From positions 100,378,001 through 100,442,000 of the forward strand of contig NC_043002.1 in the NCBI RefSeq assembly GCF_006345805.1: 64,000 nucleotides of DNA, written 5' to 3'. The notes beneath the pieces were generated by a model that worked only from the letters and a program-made list of their open reading frames with translations, made no database searches and had not been told where the DNA came from. Within the stretch, counting starts at the first letter, position 1. The number at the start of each line of letters is the position of its first letter. Below, piece by piece: positions 26,818 through 39,842 of the stretch. This DNA comes from Octopus sinensis (Eukaryota). The position numbers and the translations under genes are program-made.

Positions 26818-27449
26818 GTTCCCAAAATTACATAAAGTTATCTCGAAATTTTAAAAAGTAAATTTATTCAATAAACTGGCCATTGGCTTCAACCAGGGCC
26901 TTTAGACAAGGGGGTTGCAGTCTAAGGAGTTAGGTGGTTAGATGTTAGGGGTGGTGTTGTCGCAGAACTTTTCTGACAGCCATGGCTAGGTTCTCCTGCT
27001 TGTGTGACATGGTACAGAGTCTTGTTGTCAGATAGAGGGTCTTCCAGCAACCACTCTCTTTACCCAGGGTAGCACTACCTCCTCCAAGCACTTGATGTAG
27101 GCCTCCGTGTTCAAAGATGGATAGAGGCATAACGTCGCAATTACTAGTTATCACTCTAAACATCATGGTATTGACTGGATGTTTGAATTTTATCACCCTG
27201 TACATGTCCTCAAATTGACACCTAAACGGTCTGAAATATTCGTATTGTAGGACCCGGCGCGAGTGTCAAGCAGTACAGCATGTCATTTCCTAATTTCTGG
27301 CAGAGCAACTTGTATCATGGCCCTTTTTTTACTCACAAACGGTACCCAACTGACCCTACTATACTGTGTAGTGGACAAAAGCAAAAATAAAATCTGCGCG
27401 TGCGCGAAATTACAAATACAAAAGGGTACAATTTACCGATCGCACGCTG
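26396..27449 (-). mobile_element. maT/DD37D-type Tc1-mariner remnant, interrupted at ~26478-26817
   Basis: ta|cagggtg ... cacgctg|ta ends; KHPVNTMMFRVITSNCDVMP, YIKCLEEVVLPW, QQDSVPCH motifs. Confidence 0.8.
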
Positions 27450-28066
27450 TATATGTGTGTGTGTGTGTGTGGTGTGTGTGTGTGTGTGTGTATGTATATA
27501 TATTTACAATTTAGGTCAGTTGAAGTATGTTTGTCACTTATTTCAACTGCTAAAGGCAAATCCACTGCAGTTACCGAGGAGAAATAATCTCTCTTATGGT
27601 GAAAGAAAGTGTGGAAACACCCAGCTCGTTTAGTGTCGCCCTTTCTCAGGAATCTCAGACATCGACGTTTCGAGTTTATTGACTGAACGAATTGGGTGTT
27701 TTAACACCTTTTTACCATAGAGGGATATTTTCTCCAATGTAACTGCAGTGTATTTGCCTTTTGCAGTTGAAATATGTGTCAAACATATTGTGATTATACG
27801 TAAACACCGCTTAGTGCCATTACTCCGGTATTTTTCAAGAGCCAATATATTATATATACACGATATCGACATTTTTTCATTGGAAGTGGTCTCTAACAAA
27901 ATCAAATTCATCCAATTCATCTTTGTGTGATATAATAGTTTTGATGGAATCTCAAATGCGCCGTCAGAATATATTGCGTGTCTTGGTCGTCAAAATGTAA
28001 CACAATCCATCTCCATCCAGACTGAAGACTGGATTTTTCAAGAGAGATAGAGATTTTTCAAGAGAG

Positions 28067-28480
28067 ATAGGCGCAGGAGTGGCTGTGTGGTAAGTAGCTT
28101 GCTAACCAACCACATGGTTCCGGGTTCAGTCCCACTGCGTGGCATCTTGGGCAAGTGTCTTCTGCTATAGCCTCGGGCCGACCAATGCCTTGTGAGTGGA
28201 TTTGGTAGACAGAAACTGAAAGAAGCCTGTCGTATATATGTATATATATATATATATGTGTATGTATGTGTATGTGTTTGTGTGTTTGTCCCCTTATCAT
28301 TGCTTGACAACCGATGCTGGTGTGTTTACGTCCCCGTCACATAGCGGTTCGGCAAAAGAGACCGATAGAATAAGTACTGGGCTTATAAAGAATAAGTCCC
28401 GGGGTCGATTTGGTCGACTAAAGGCGGTGCTCCAGCATGGCCGCAGTCAAATGACTGAAACAAGTAAAAGAGTAAAGAGT
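28067..28480 (+). mobile_element. tRNA SINE family A, full-length reference copy
   Basis: tRNA-like head, cttgggcaagtgtctt core, internal microsatellite, Nin-like 3' module, gtaaaagag tail. Confidence 0.9.
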
Positions 28481-29929
28481 ATATTATGTAAAGTAGATGA
28501 CGATAAAGATGTTGAAAAGGAATAGTCCGCACTATCTGACTCTCAATTTATTCATCTGGAACTAAATGGAAATTTAACCTTGGAGACGCAGAGAACCAGA
28601 ACGAATACTGACTCTCTAACGACTTCAATCGATCTCCCAAATGAAATGGTGTAGCAACCATTTATTTCCTTCAACATTTCATAGGATTTTATATACATCA
28701 GATTCATGACCTTCAAATGTCATTAAGATTGTCTAACTTTGAGTGATCTAATACCATCATTCCTTTTCCACGTAGAAAATAGAAGACAATTTAAAGACAT
28801 ATAACTACAGTAAAATAAGTTATAATCAGTGATTAACTTTATGATTTATCACCGTTTAGCTAAACTTGCTAACTTTTGCCACGCATATTCAAAATTTTGA
28901 ACTTTGTTGATTGTTGGTTACAAAAAGGTAGAAATAATCACTAAGAAATGATAAATTGGATTATAAATGCCTATTGTATTTCCTTTCGATAAGGTTTTTA
29001 AAAGGAATTAAATTTAAGTGAAACAGCGGAATGACAGATATTACAAGCGATAAAACGAGGAAGATAAATATAGAGAAAAATATAATAGAAAAATGAATTA
29101 GCCATATATTTCAAAACCTCTTGCTAAAGTATTTTATTCAGATTGCGCTTGATAAATATATCATATATGCACTTTACATCGTAAGACAAGTTATAAATTT
29201 AATTATCTCCAACATGTTTACACAGTTTATAACTTGGATTTAATAAATTGTCTCAAAATGCAAATTAAAGGTTTTTGTTTTTGCATTGTTTTTACTAATC
29301 ATTGCTACGTAAAATATAAAATTTACAAAATATTAAAGATAATCAACTACACTGCCAGTACAATGCTATTTTTACGTGTGCATGTGTATGCGTGTATGTG
29401 TATGTGTGTGTGTGTGTGGTGTGTGTGTGTGTGTGTGTGACTCTTATAATGTAATTTTCCATATATATTTCTTCATAATTTTGGAGAGTAAATCTGTAAC
29501 TGCATATGATATAGAATGTGCAATGGGGTCAAACCTACCAGTAATATATTGCTAAACTTTTGACATGTTGTAGCTAAAAGCGTCATATTTTACTTGAAAT
29601 GGTATAATTTATTGCTGCCGTTTAAGTTCGAATGAATAAATCTAAAATCAACAAGCATTGCAGGAAATGATCGAAGACTTCGGAGCGCTAAACGCGTATA
29701 AAATTTGATTTTGACAACAATGACATTTTTCAATAAATTACACGATGCGAAAAAGAATTGCGTAACCACGCTCACACAGGTCCTCTCAGACATGCGGATA
29801 TAACGAAAATGGCGTGTATACATACGTACATACATACATACATACATACATACATACATACATACATACATACACATACATACATACATACATACGTACA
29901 TACACGCAAACACACATATATAGTTCTAT

Positions 29930-30302
29930 ATTTAAGAGATGAGGAATTATGTACATTACTTACATTATTTACATTTGACGGATATTTGTCATCATCTTGT
30001 TTATTATTATTATTATTCAGATCACAGCCTGGAATCGAACTCGGAATCTTGGGTTTAGTAGCCCACGCTTTTAACCACTACGCCATATGGGGTGAATTTT
30101 GGGGCTTATAAATCTAATATTTTCCTATCCTTCCTTATTACCGGTTCCCATATGATATTCATACCTTAGGAATGAGAACCCAGGTTCGAAATTTCCCCAA
30201 AGACACTTGATAAAGCTTGGAGGGTATATCAACCGAAACGTTGTGTTAACAACAAGATGAGTACAAATATCCGTCAAATATAAATAACATAAATAATGTA
30301 CA
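29930..30302. mobile_element. Fold-back element combining a tRNA-like Pol III head and an HHR
   Basis: Inverted termini 29950-30001 and 30251-30302; A box 30075-30085 and B box 30031-30042 on the minus strand; HHR 30202-30247 on the plus strand. Confidence 0.8.
30202..30247 (+). ncRNA. Decayed minimal HHR
   Basis: gacac-TTGATAA-a gcttg..caacc-GAAAC GTT-gtgtt; two core transitions; palindromic AACGTT. Confidence 0.7.
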
Positions 30303-30380
30303 CACATATATAATTTATATTTCCAGAGAGATGGAATAAAGAAGAGAAATAAATATATACATATTATGTGTGTGTGTGAG

Positions 30381-30908
30381 TATGGCAAATATACCTCACA
30401 TTGTCGTGCAATTACTGTTTATACCTCGTTCAGAGATTTATTATTGCTTGCATACAGTTTTTCGAGATCAGTGACGAAAAGTTACTGGAAAAATGATATA
30501 AGTATTTGCATTGGAACCCATTTCATCGAAAACCGGTGATTGTCGTACAGTGATGACAGGTCAATACCTAGAAACTGCAGTCCGTGCGTATCACTTAGGT
30601 TGACGAGGGAAGGATGACCTCCCTTTGCAAATACCTTAGGGCACAGAAAGTGTGCCTAAAGCCAGCTGGAGGAGATGTTCTCCTGGGGCTACAAGCTACA
30701 GTATCACCCACCCTTAGTGGTTAGCCATATTGAGATGGCAAATATACCTCACATTGTCAGTGTGCCAAAAGCCAGCTGGAGGAGATGTCCTCCTGGGGCT
30801 ACAAGCTACAGTAACACCCACCCTTAGTAGTTAGTCATATTGAGATGGCAAATATACCTCACATTGTCGTGCAGTTACTGTTTATACCTCGTTCAGAGAT
30901 TTATTATT
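30381..30908 (+). mobile_element. Retrozyme-like element with ~65-bp terminal direct repeats and an internal ~110-bp tandem duplication
   Basis: atggcaaatatacctcacattgtc at 30382, 30735 and 30845; HHR-like motif 30545-30587. Confidence 0.7.
30545..30587 (+). ncRNA. Minimal HHR (C3 substituted)
   Basis: gtaca-GTGATGA-c aggt caat acct a-GAAAC tgca GTC-cgtgc; palindromic ACTGCAGT. Confidence 0.7.
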
Positions 30909-31744
30909 AATCTCTGAATTGTTTTCAAAGTATTTTGCTTTGCAATTCCCTCTTCATCATTCTCCATATGAGTTCAGGAGTTCAACAGAATAAGATATAG
31001 AGTACAAGTAACATAATGCTTATTTCTTTCAAGCAAAACAGAACTGATTTGGTGGAGTGTCAAAGTTTCATTCTTAGTCCTGTATACAATATAGTTTGCG
31101 CTTCTCTTTAGTCATACACGTTGAAAAGATAAAACAAATGCAAAATTTGTATATGTCTGCACTCTTCTTCCAGATTTGTTAGTCGTTAATGTTTTGAGAG
31201 AAAGACAAATACATACTTAAGATTTTTGAATGATACAAGATCAACATATTCTATTTTTGCTCTGTGTAAAAACGTAATACATGAGACAATCTTGTATTTT
31301 TTATTTTATTTTATTTTATTTCATTTTTGTACTTATCTTCTCGACTAAGACAACATATTTGCTTGCATTGCTATAATATTTTTCACTGTTTTACTTTTTC
31401 AAACCACTTTTTTGCACAACGATAAAATGGTCTTAATATGAGGTATATGTTTCGAGAAGAAAAAATACATGAACTTCGATGTAAGATCAGAAGTAATATA
31501 TATATAACATTCTTATTTAACTTATTTCTCAAGGAACGTAACTGAATTAGTGAAGTAGTGTTCATATCAGTGACTACAAAAAACCCGATTTTTTATACAA
31601 GTATTTTTGCCTCATGTGAATTGATGAATACAACACTAATAACAATACATTCAAATGAACATGTGCGTGATGTCCAACTTTCACTTACCTCAAGAATTCA
31701 AGAGTTAGATTTTTTGTTAAAACTCCCCCTAGATTCTGTGTGAA

Positions 31745-32170
31745 ATATTTTTTATTACACACATGTGAGTGAGAACACTTTGAGATATTTTTGGTTTCTA
31801 ACATATGTCAGATACTGCAAGCGCTGCTTCTGATTGGTCAATCCATGGTGATGACCCGAGGTCACGGTGACAGCGCTGCTTCTGATTGGTCAAACCATGA
31901 TGATGACCCGAGGTCACGGTGACGGCACTACTTTTGTCATTCATAAGTTACAACTAAACGTGAAGAATTTAGTTATTGGGTTAATAAAATATGGTCGTTT
32001 ATTCGTGCGTAATTAATAAAATACCAAACTCATTCCCTATGGATACCGTATTTATTACAACTCTTGGCTTGTAAACGTATCTAACTCGCTTTCGCTCGTT
32101 AGATACGTTTACCAGCCACTCGTTGTAATAAATACGGTATCCATAGGGAACTCGTTTGGTATTCTCTATA
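31745..32170. mobile_element. Non-autonomous hairpin DNA element (Crypton-like by resemblance)
   Basis: 2x52-bp tandem with ctgattggtca (31820-31923) and a ~145-nt hairpin 32020-32163 with ctcgctttcgctcg apex. Family call rests on recalled similarity to mollusc non-autonomous Cryptons. Confidence 0.55.
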
Positions 32171-32669
32171 TATTTTGAGGATATCAAGTTATCTAACTAT
32201 TTACGTGTATGCCTTTGTGTCTTGGATCTTTGTTTATCGACGATGTGGATTCAGTAGTTAGATTAACTGAATTATTTGCTCCTGAGTAAAAGTGTAAGTG
32301 GCTGACCATTGAACAGTTACGTGTAACTTAATGTTATGTTTCACTAGAGGTAACTTTTCAGCAGAATCAGCTTGCAACTAGACGTACAGTTAAAAGGAGA
32401 GCTTCTGTCCCATTTGTGTCCTCCCAATTTTATTCAAAATATATGGGTCAACCTGGGGTTATAGATAGTAACATTTACGCAGCATACCATGCAGAAGATC
32501 GAACCTGAGACCCCGTGATATCGAAGTGAACTTCTAAACCATCAAGTCATACAGTGCCTAATTATGGATGCATGAATGGATAAATTATATTTGTATATTA
32601 TATATGCATTACACATACGCACACACATATACACACACATGCACACATACATACATACAAAAATATATA

Positions 32670-33279
32670 TACTCGCTCCTTTAGCTCAACTCTCCCCTTC
32701 TTCATCTAACCTCCTCCCTCGCCTCTCTCCCCCTCACACCTACTTCCTCCCTTCACTTCACTCCTACCCACTCCTTCAACGTCACCCCTTCCTCGTAAGC
32801 CCACCACACCCCTACAAACGTTCCACCCACTCCACCCCCTCCCTTACACCCACTCCCACATTCCCCACCTCTATCCACACCATCCACCAACCCACATACC
32901 CCACCTCTACCCCCAACCTCTGCCTACCCACATACACCACCTCTACCCCCACCCATAGACTAACACTCCCCCTCTCGCTTCCCCCTCTCGCCTCCCCACC
33001 TCCCAACACCATCACATCACAACACACCACAGCGCACTACGTTATTATCTCCCCTTCTCCCTAGATCTTCTGTGCGCCCCTTCTGTACGGTATTCGCCAT
33101 GATAGATCGCTAGCCTCTACACATTCTTTATTTTATCTCCTTATTTCTTTCTGTGTTCCTTTCTGTGGAAGAGCGTAGGCTTGAAACGTTAAAGGCTTTT
33201 TCACTTCACGTGCATTATACTAACACATCTGTTTGTTGTCTACACCACCTGTCTTCGTCTTATATATATATATTCTCCT

Positions 33280-33280
<1 letters not shown>
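32670..33280 (+). mobile_element. PLE 3' end: eroded PxGLN terminus, C-rich UTR and HHR
   Basis: Similar to 6830-6940; HHR at 33158-33195; TA on both sides. Confidence 0.7.
33158..33195 (+). ncRNA. Minimal HHR variant (CUGUNGA core)
   Basis: ccttt-CTGTGGA-a gagc gtag gctt-GAAAC GTT-aaagg; perfect 5-bp stem I. Confidence 0.75.
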
Positions 33281-33349
<69 letters not shown>

Positions 33350-33355
<6 letters not shown>

Positions 33356-34090
33356 ACTGTCTTCTTGCCATTGTCGCATGAAGGCTATTCGTTACTTTCT
33401 CTTTTTTTTCTCCACATATTAGTGTCTGTGTCTTCTGTGAGACTGGTTCTGCTTTGTTTCTCCAAGTCGCGCCACGTTTTTTTACGCTCAAAACATCCAA
33501 ACGAAATGCATTCTTTTGACATTCCCTTCTTGTACCCTATGTGCTGAATCCTTGTGTTGATTTGGTTCCTGATATTTTTTGCCAAGTTTTCCTCCACTTA
33601 TCACTGTCAGTGACTAGTCTTTAAATTCTGATCCTTTTATTCCAATATGGTAATTGGTACTCTCTAGCTTATCCTTGTGTCTAATAAGCCGTCTTCCTAC
33701 ACTTTGTATTCTGGCTTGACGTTAACCATTAATGAGAATTTTCGGCGGTCTTTCATTATTCACCCTAGCCATCTCATTATTCACATGGCCATCTCCTTTT
33801 AACAGAAACTGCCATAAGAAGGCATCAGTGCTTAATATATCAGATTGTTCATTAGAGAATTTCCCTTTGCATGTGAAACAGCAGATATTTCTAAGATATC
33901 TCCTGCGGAACGTATAGAGCTCTGTGACATGTTTTCTATATGGTGTCCACGGTTCAGAAATGTACCGCAAACTGAGATTTTCGTTTTCAAGCTTCATCCT
34001 CTTTCATTCCATACATTCGCTTGCAGCTTTCAAAAGGCCACTAAATGGCGATCCTATTTAGCGTTTCGTCATTTAAAAAAACGCTAGAAT
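33350..34090 (-). mobile_element. RTE-clade LINE, C-terminal ORF remnant
   Basis: LRYISEPWTPYRKHVTELYTFRRRYLRNI..GHV..RVNNERPPKIL..GRRLIRHKDKL resembles RTE LLYG.E.WT..F..RCLR.I..WxGHV.RM...R.PK..GR..R.KD. Confidence 0.75.
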
Positions 34091-34340
34091 TGATTTTGCT
34101 TCCTAAGTATGGGGAGGAATAAGCATAATGTAGAGACTTATTGTCCACAAGAAATTGACCAGATGGTGCACTGTAATCTGGCTGAAATAGTGTTAAACAC
34201 TGACATTCACATATATATTAAATATAAATATACGCATGATATAGAAAAAGATAAAAGCTTTAGAAAATGTGTATATATAGAGAGATATATAGATATATAT
34301 AAATATAAAGATATATACATATACATAACATGTATATATA

Positions 34341-34382
<42 letters not shown>

Positions 34383-34394
34383 TTTATAAAACTT

Positions 34395-34780
34395 TTATCT
34401 TTTTCCTAATTTCAGTCATTAGCTTGTAACCAGACTGGGGCACCGGGCACCACCTTGACGAGAACGAATCGACGCCAGTAGTATTTTAAAGCCTGCTATA
34501 GATATTTTGTCGTACTACTAAGTTACGGGGACGTAACTAAGCCAACACCCGTTGTCAAACGTTGTGCAGAACAAATATAAACTCAACGATACTGTCAAAC
34601 TCACGAAAACACACGTACACATATAAGGTTTCTACACAGTTTCCATCAGCCATAATCACTCCCAAGTCCAACAGCTATACTAGAAGACACTAGCCCAGGG
34701 TGCCGTTCAGTGGGATTGAACCCAAAACCATATGGTTGCAAAGCAAACTTCTTAATCACACAGCTGATGCTTGTGCCCAT
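34395..34780 (-). mobile_element. tRNA SINE family A, old copy
   Basis: Diverged reverse complement of 28067-28480. Confidence 0.7.
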
Positions 34781-34887
34781 GAAAGAGCAAACAATTTCCG
34801 ATTGTGACATTACGTTTAACTCAGTCCAATTACGTATATTTAGCTAAGACCATTGGCACTTTTTATCTGCAATATTGTCACATTCCA

Positions 34888-35635
34888 AGGCGGCGTGTTA
34901 ACAGCAACGTTAGCACGCCGGGCGAAATGCTTCGCGGTATTTCGTCTGCCGTTAGGTTCTGAGTTCAAATTCCGCCGAGGTCAACGTTGCCTTTCATTCT
35001 TTCGCGGTCGATAAACTAAGTACCAGTTACGCACTTGGGTTGATGTAATCGACTTAATCCGTTTGTTTGTCCTTGTTTGTCCCCTCTATGTTTAGCCCCT
35101 TGTGGGTAGTAAAGAAATAGGTATTTCGTCTGCCGCTACGTTCTGAGTTCAAATTCCGCCGAGGTCGACTTTACTTTTCATCATCTCGGAGTCGATAAAT
35201 TAAGTACCAGTTGGGTACTGGGGTCGATCTAATCGACTGGCCCCTCCCCTAAAATTTCGAGCCTTGTGCCTACTGTAGAAAAGAATATTGCCATATTCTT
35301 TGAACCGGATGTATAGCAGAATCACTACTCTCTCGCACTCAGTATTTGAATACAGCATTTGAATGCGGTATTTTACATTATGCATTCAAGTTCCAATGGA
35401 ATCGAATTTACTTTACTTTCAAGCCGTGACCTGACAGAATCGTTTGCACTCCATGCAAAATGCATAGCGGTATTTCGAACTACTTTACGTTCGATGTTCA
35501 AACGCCGCCGGAGTCGACTTTACCTTTCATCATTTCGGTAGCGATAAAACAAGTACCAGTTGAGTGCTGAGGTCGATGTAGATGACTTACCCCCTCCATC
35601 GTAGTTGCCGGTCTTGTGCCATAGTGTGAAACTAT
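34888..35635 (+). mobile_element. Cluster of Nin/Deu-domain tRNA SINEs (family B)
   Basis: gttcaaattccgccgaggtc..cctttcat..tcgataaa.taagtaccag (B box plus Nin-like domain), three units. Confidence 0.85.
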
Positions 35636-36394
35636 TATATTGTTATATCTCTTGGAGCTCGAATATAGACTATCAAATGACTATAGAAAGACTAAACGAA
35701 ACTGTGCATACGGCTGCTCCTCTGTGAACCAGCGAGACACAGCTAATGCATCTCCATTATATTTCTTTAGAACTCTGTATCATATCTTATATGTATTAGT
35801 ACACGTTTATGTTCAAATGTTGCTGTTAATGAGGATAATCTCTTTAATCTCATTTATTATAGTCTATGCGGTACGAAGATGAAATATAGCCAAAGAATTT
35901 CCATATTGCTTTGTTAAACCATTATTATATATTAATCATCTAATATTAAAAGTCATTAAGATTCCAATAATTTAAATCTATGCTTATTAAGCTTTAACGT
36001 TATGTAATGTCGGCAAAAGTTGAAATGTTATAATCACACCCGTTCGTAAATGAACCTACAGCTTAGAGTAATATATAATGGTGAAATGGATTAAATTGAA
36101 CATAGTGTGATATCAATCGTCTCCTTTATTAATTTCATATAGCAACAGTCAGTTGAATAATAGCGTCGCTGGTTACAAATTTACAACAGACCGTCAATGG
36201 TTCCCTATCTTTCTTATTGTGTGTGTGTTTCGAGAGCAACAAAACGGCTTCTTAATCAGTGTAAGCAACTAAAGCCACGGCATCATCTTTTTTGATATAT
36301 ACATTTTCCCCGCAGAAACTAACACTCTTCGCTAACGCACATTCATGTTGACACAGGCGCACAATTAAACTTACGATAGTTTTCCGGATACATA

Positions 36395-36623
36395 TACTCT
36401 TTTACTCTTTTACTCTTTTACTTGTTTCAGTCATTTGACTGTGGCCATGCTGGAGCACCGCCTTTAATCGAGCAACTCGACCCCGGGACTTATTCTTTTG
36501 TAAGCCCAGTACTTATTCTATCGATCTCTTTTGCCGAACCGCTAAGTAACGGGGACATAACCATACCAGCATCGGTTGTCAAGCAATGCTAGGGGGACAA
36601 ACACAGACACACAAACACACACA

Positions 36624-36626
<3 letters not shown>
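36395..36626 (-). mobile_element. tRNA SINE family A, 3' half
   Basis: (tactcttt)n tail and Nin-like module on the minus strand. Confidence 0.85.
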
Positions 36627-36671
<45 letters not shown>

Positions 36672-36782
36672 ATATATATACATATATATTGAGGGTGGGA
36701 GAATTCACAAAAAAAACAACAAGAGACAGGTGGTGTAGACAACAAACAGATGTATTAGTATAACGCTCGGGAAGTGAAAAAG

Positions 36783-36822
36783 TATTTAACGTTTCGAGTT
36801 TATGCTCATTCACAGAAAGAAA
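36783..36822 (-). ncRNA. Decayed minimal HHR of the 33158/38836 family (element 36690-36840)
   Basis: tcttt-CTGTGAA-t gagc ataa actc-GAAAC GTT-aaata. Confidence 0.6.
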
Positions 36823-37239
36823 CAAGGAGAGAAAATAAAGTATGTATATATATATATACAAACACATATGTATACGGGACTTGTTCTGCTGCACATTTCT
36901 TCTCAAACAAACCCTACTAATAACTCATACTGGCTAATCAGCTTCGAAAACTTTGACCTAAGATTATTCGCAGTGGTTGCTGGTTGCTAGGCCACCATCT
37001 TAGACATAAAACCATTCATATTATATTAGAGAAGAGACTCATACCCTGCTGGAGTTCTCGCGTTTATTTAACCGATGCTAAAGTAATCTTCGTAACAAAG
37101 ACATATTTCTAAGTGCTACAAGCATAATGAAATGTTGTCAGCTCAATCCTGAAGACTAAAGAAATACCGGCTTTCATGGTTATTTACATTTATGTTCTAC
37201 TTCCTTACATCGCTATTTCTGCAACTGCTGCTGCTGCTG

Positions 37240-37610
37240 TTGCTGCTTGTTTGTTTGTTGAGCGAAGCGGTCTTCGTCCCGTCAGTGGGAGATGTCCGAA
37301 ACGTGGTCGTTTGCTATTCGTAAGACCCGCAGAAGAGAAAGCAGGTCGACCCCCGACACCGAGAGCATCGACGGATGGATGAATGCGCATCCAGACTCAG
37401 CGGTTGCGTACGAATTCGGGGACAAGAAGCAGGAAGAAAGAGTGAGAGAAAGTTGGGGCGAAAGAGTAAAACAGGGGTCGCCACCACTCCCTGCCGGAAC
37501 ATCATTGTGCTTTAGGTGTTTTCGCTCAATAATCACACACAACGCCCGGTCTGGAAATCGAAACCGCGATCCTCCGACCACGAGTCCGCTGCCCTAACCA
37601 CTAGCCCATT
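37240..37610 (-). mobile_element. tRNA SINE family D
   Basis: Minus-strand head agtggttagggcagcggactc..ggtttcgatttccagaccgggcgttgtg; (CAG/CAA)n tail. Confidence 0.8.
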
Positions 37611-38489
37611 GAATGTTGTGATACACCGATTCACAGAATGCTATCACATCTGCTTGCGCCATGTCGTAGTCCTAGCCAAAATACATTACTAAAGGTATAA
37701 CACTTAAAATTGCATCGAAATTACCGTTTAGTTGTTATGTATGTCTACTATTTATTATGATAGGAATATAGGAGGAGGTTTCAATTCAGTCAATAACTCA
37801 GTTTGTTCTCAAATATCTGTATAATACCTTAAAGCGAAAAAACCCACATTCATGCACAAATCTATCATTAGCATATATTTAAACTCTACAACACTCGCTT
37901 CAAATCTTTGAAACACAAAGAGATTTAATGGTCACGCCAGGAAATATATTTGGTCTTAAGTTTGCTTGATAGCAGGCAAATAATAACGAGGTGATACAAT
38001 CGAACCAATTGGGAAGTCTCTGTATAGCTGTTTAACATGCTAGAAATAACAGATTGATCATTGGAGAATATTACTTTCGAGCAGATAGGTTTTCTAACCA
38101 GAACCTCATGTTTTCGTCCACATCAGCTGTAGTTAGAATGGTAGATATTTTGCAGTGGTATTGATGTTACTAATCCAGTTTCTATTACTAAATGAGTAAT
38201 ACAGTGAAAATTAAACTTTCACATCAGGTTTCGCATGAGACATCAGATTTCACTGTAAATATATATAAATTTTCTGTATGTATGCGTATATATATATACT
38301 GGTTGTTAAAGCAGTGTGGCTCATATAGGCGCAGGCGTGGGTGTGTGGTAAGAACCTTGCTTCCCAACCACACGGTTCGGGGTTCAGTCCCACTGTGTGA
38401 CACTTTGGTCAAATGTCTTCTACTATAGCTTCGAGACAAGCAAAGGGGAGTGGATTTGATAAATGGAAACTGAAAGAAGCCCGTCGCAT

Positions 38490-38596
<107 letters not shown>

Positions 38597-38622
38597 TCTG
38601 TCCCTGTTTATTTCTGTGTTCC

Positions 38623-38656
38623 TTTCTGTCGAAGAGCGTGGGCTCGAAACGTAAAA
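38623..38656 (+). ncRNA. Minimal HHR variant
   Basis: ttt-CTGTCGA-a gagc gtgg gctc-GAAAC GTA-aaa. Confidence 0.7.
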
Positions 38657-38835
38657 TATTTCTCTCTTTCTGAGCGTTAAACTAATACATCTGTTTGTTG
38701 TGTACAAACCCGTCTTTTATCTTTTGTTTTCTTGTAAATTCTCACTATATATATATAGATCGCCATGTTGATTCGTTAGCTACTGCACGCATTTTTTTTT
38801 CTCTCCTTCTTTCTGTGTTTTTCTCTCTATGTGTA

Positions 38836-38873
38836 TCTTTCTGTTGAAGAGCGTAGGCTCGAAACGTTAAAGA
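38836..38873 (+). ncRNA. Minimal HHR variant
   Basis: tcttt-CTGTTGA-a gagc gtag gctc-GAAAC GTT-aaaga. Confidence 0.78.
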
Positions 38874-38971
38874 CTTGTTTTATTTATATTTCCTGAGCGC
38901 CATACTAATACAATTGTTCGTTTGTTTTCCACCTGCCTTCGTCTTTTGTTTATTTTCATAAAGCTTCCCGT

Positions 38972-39052
<81 letters not shown>

Positions 39053-39842
39053 ATGTAAAGATATATATATATACATATTTATATATTTGTGTGTTTGTGT
39101 TTGTCCCTCCACCATCGCTTGACAACCGATGTTGGAGTATTTACGACCGCTTAACATAGCGGTTCGGCAAATGAGATCGATAGAATAAGTACTAGACTTA
39201 CAAAGAATAAGCCCTGGAATCGATTTGTTCGACGAATAGTGGTGCTCCAGCATAGCCGTAGTCAAATGGCAAAAACCAGTAAAAGAATAAAAGAATATAT
39301 ATCTAAAATGTACACACATATATATGCATATCACTAGTATATCAATACATGTATTCGCACGATTATACATGTGTGAGAATGTTTCTCTTTGTAAATGCAT
39401 GTGCTTGAATATTCTTGTGTGTGTAAGTGTTTGTATTGCGTGTTTATAGACCCAAAACTGAACATATATGGTATCTCTTTGATATTGACCATAAGTGTGG
39501 GCAAGCAAAACAAAGTGTATTAAAGATAAGTCAACTTAAGAGACAATATGTCTTCGACTGCGATAATTGAAGGACTGAATTTCTAATAATTCCCGTTATA
39601 ATTCCTAGCAGTTGTCAGGAGAAGGATTCTTATAAAGTAGACCTTTTGTATAGAATTATTACAAGTTAATAAATATCAATTCATCAGGTGAAATCTGCCA
39701 GAAACATGAGCAAATAAAATCAATTAGGCAGCACCATCTTGAGATAGATATTTCTTGCCTGCTGGGTGGCAGATTGGCTGGAATACTCTACAGACCGTAA
39801 CATAACAATATTATGTTGTCAATATTCTACTGTTTGTTTAAA

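Noticed and set aside
27630-28030. Minus-strand ORF with AIYSDGA (RNase H-like)
   Set aside because: No further RNase H catalytic motifs or splice support; one short motif is insufficient.
32576-33064. Pro/Thr/His-rich 162-aa ORF
   Set aside because: Low-complexity C-rich UTR of the PLE remnant.
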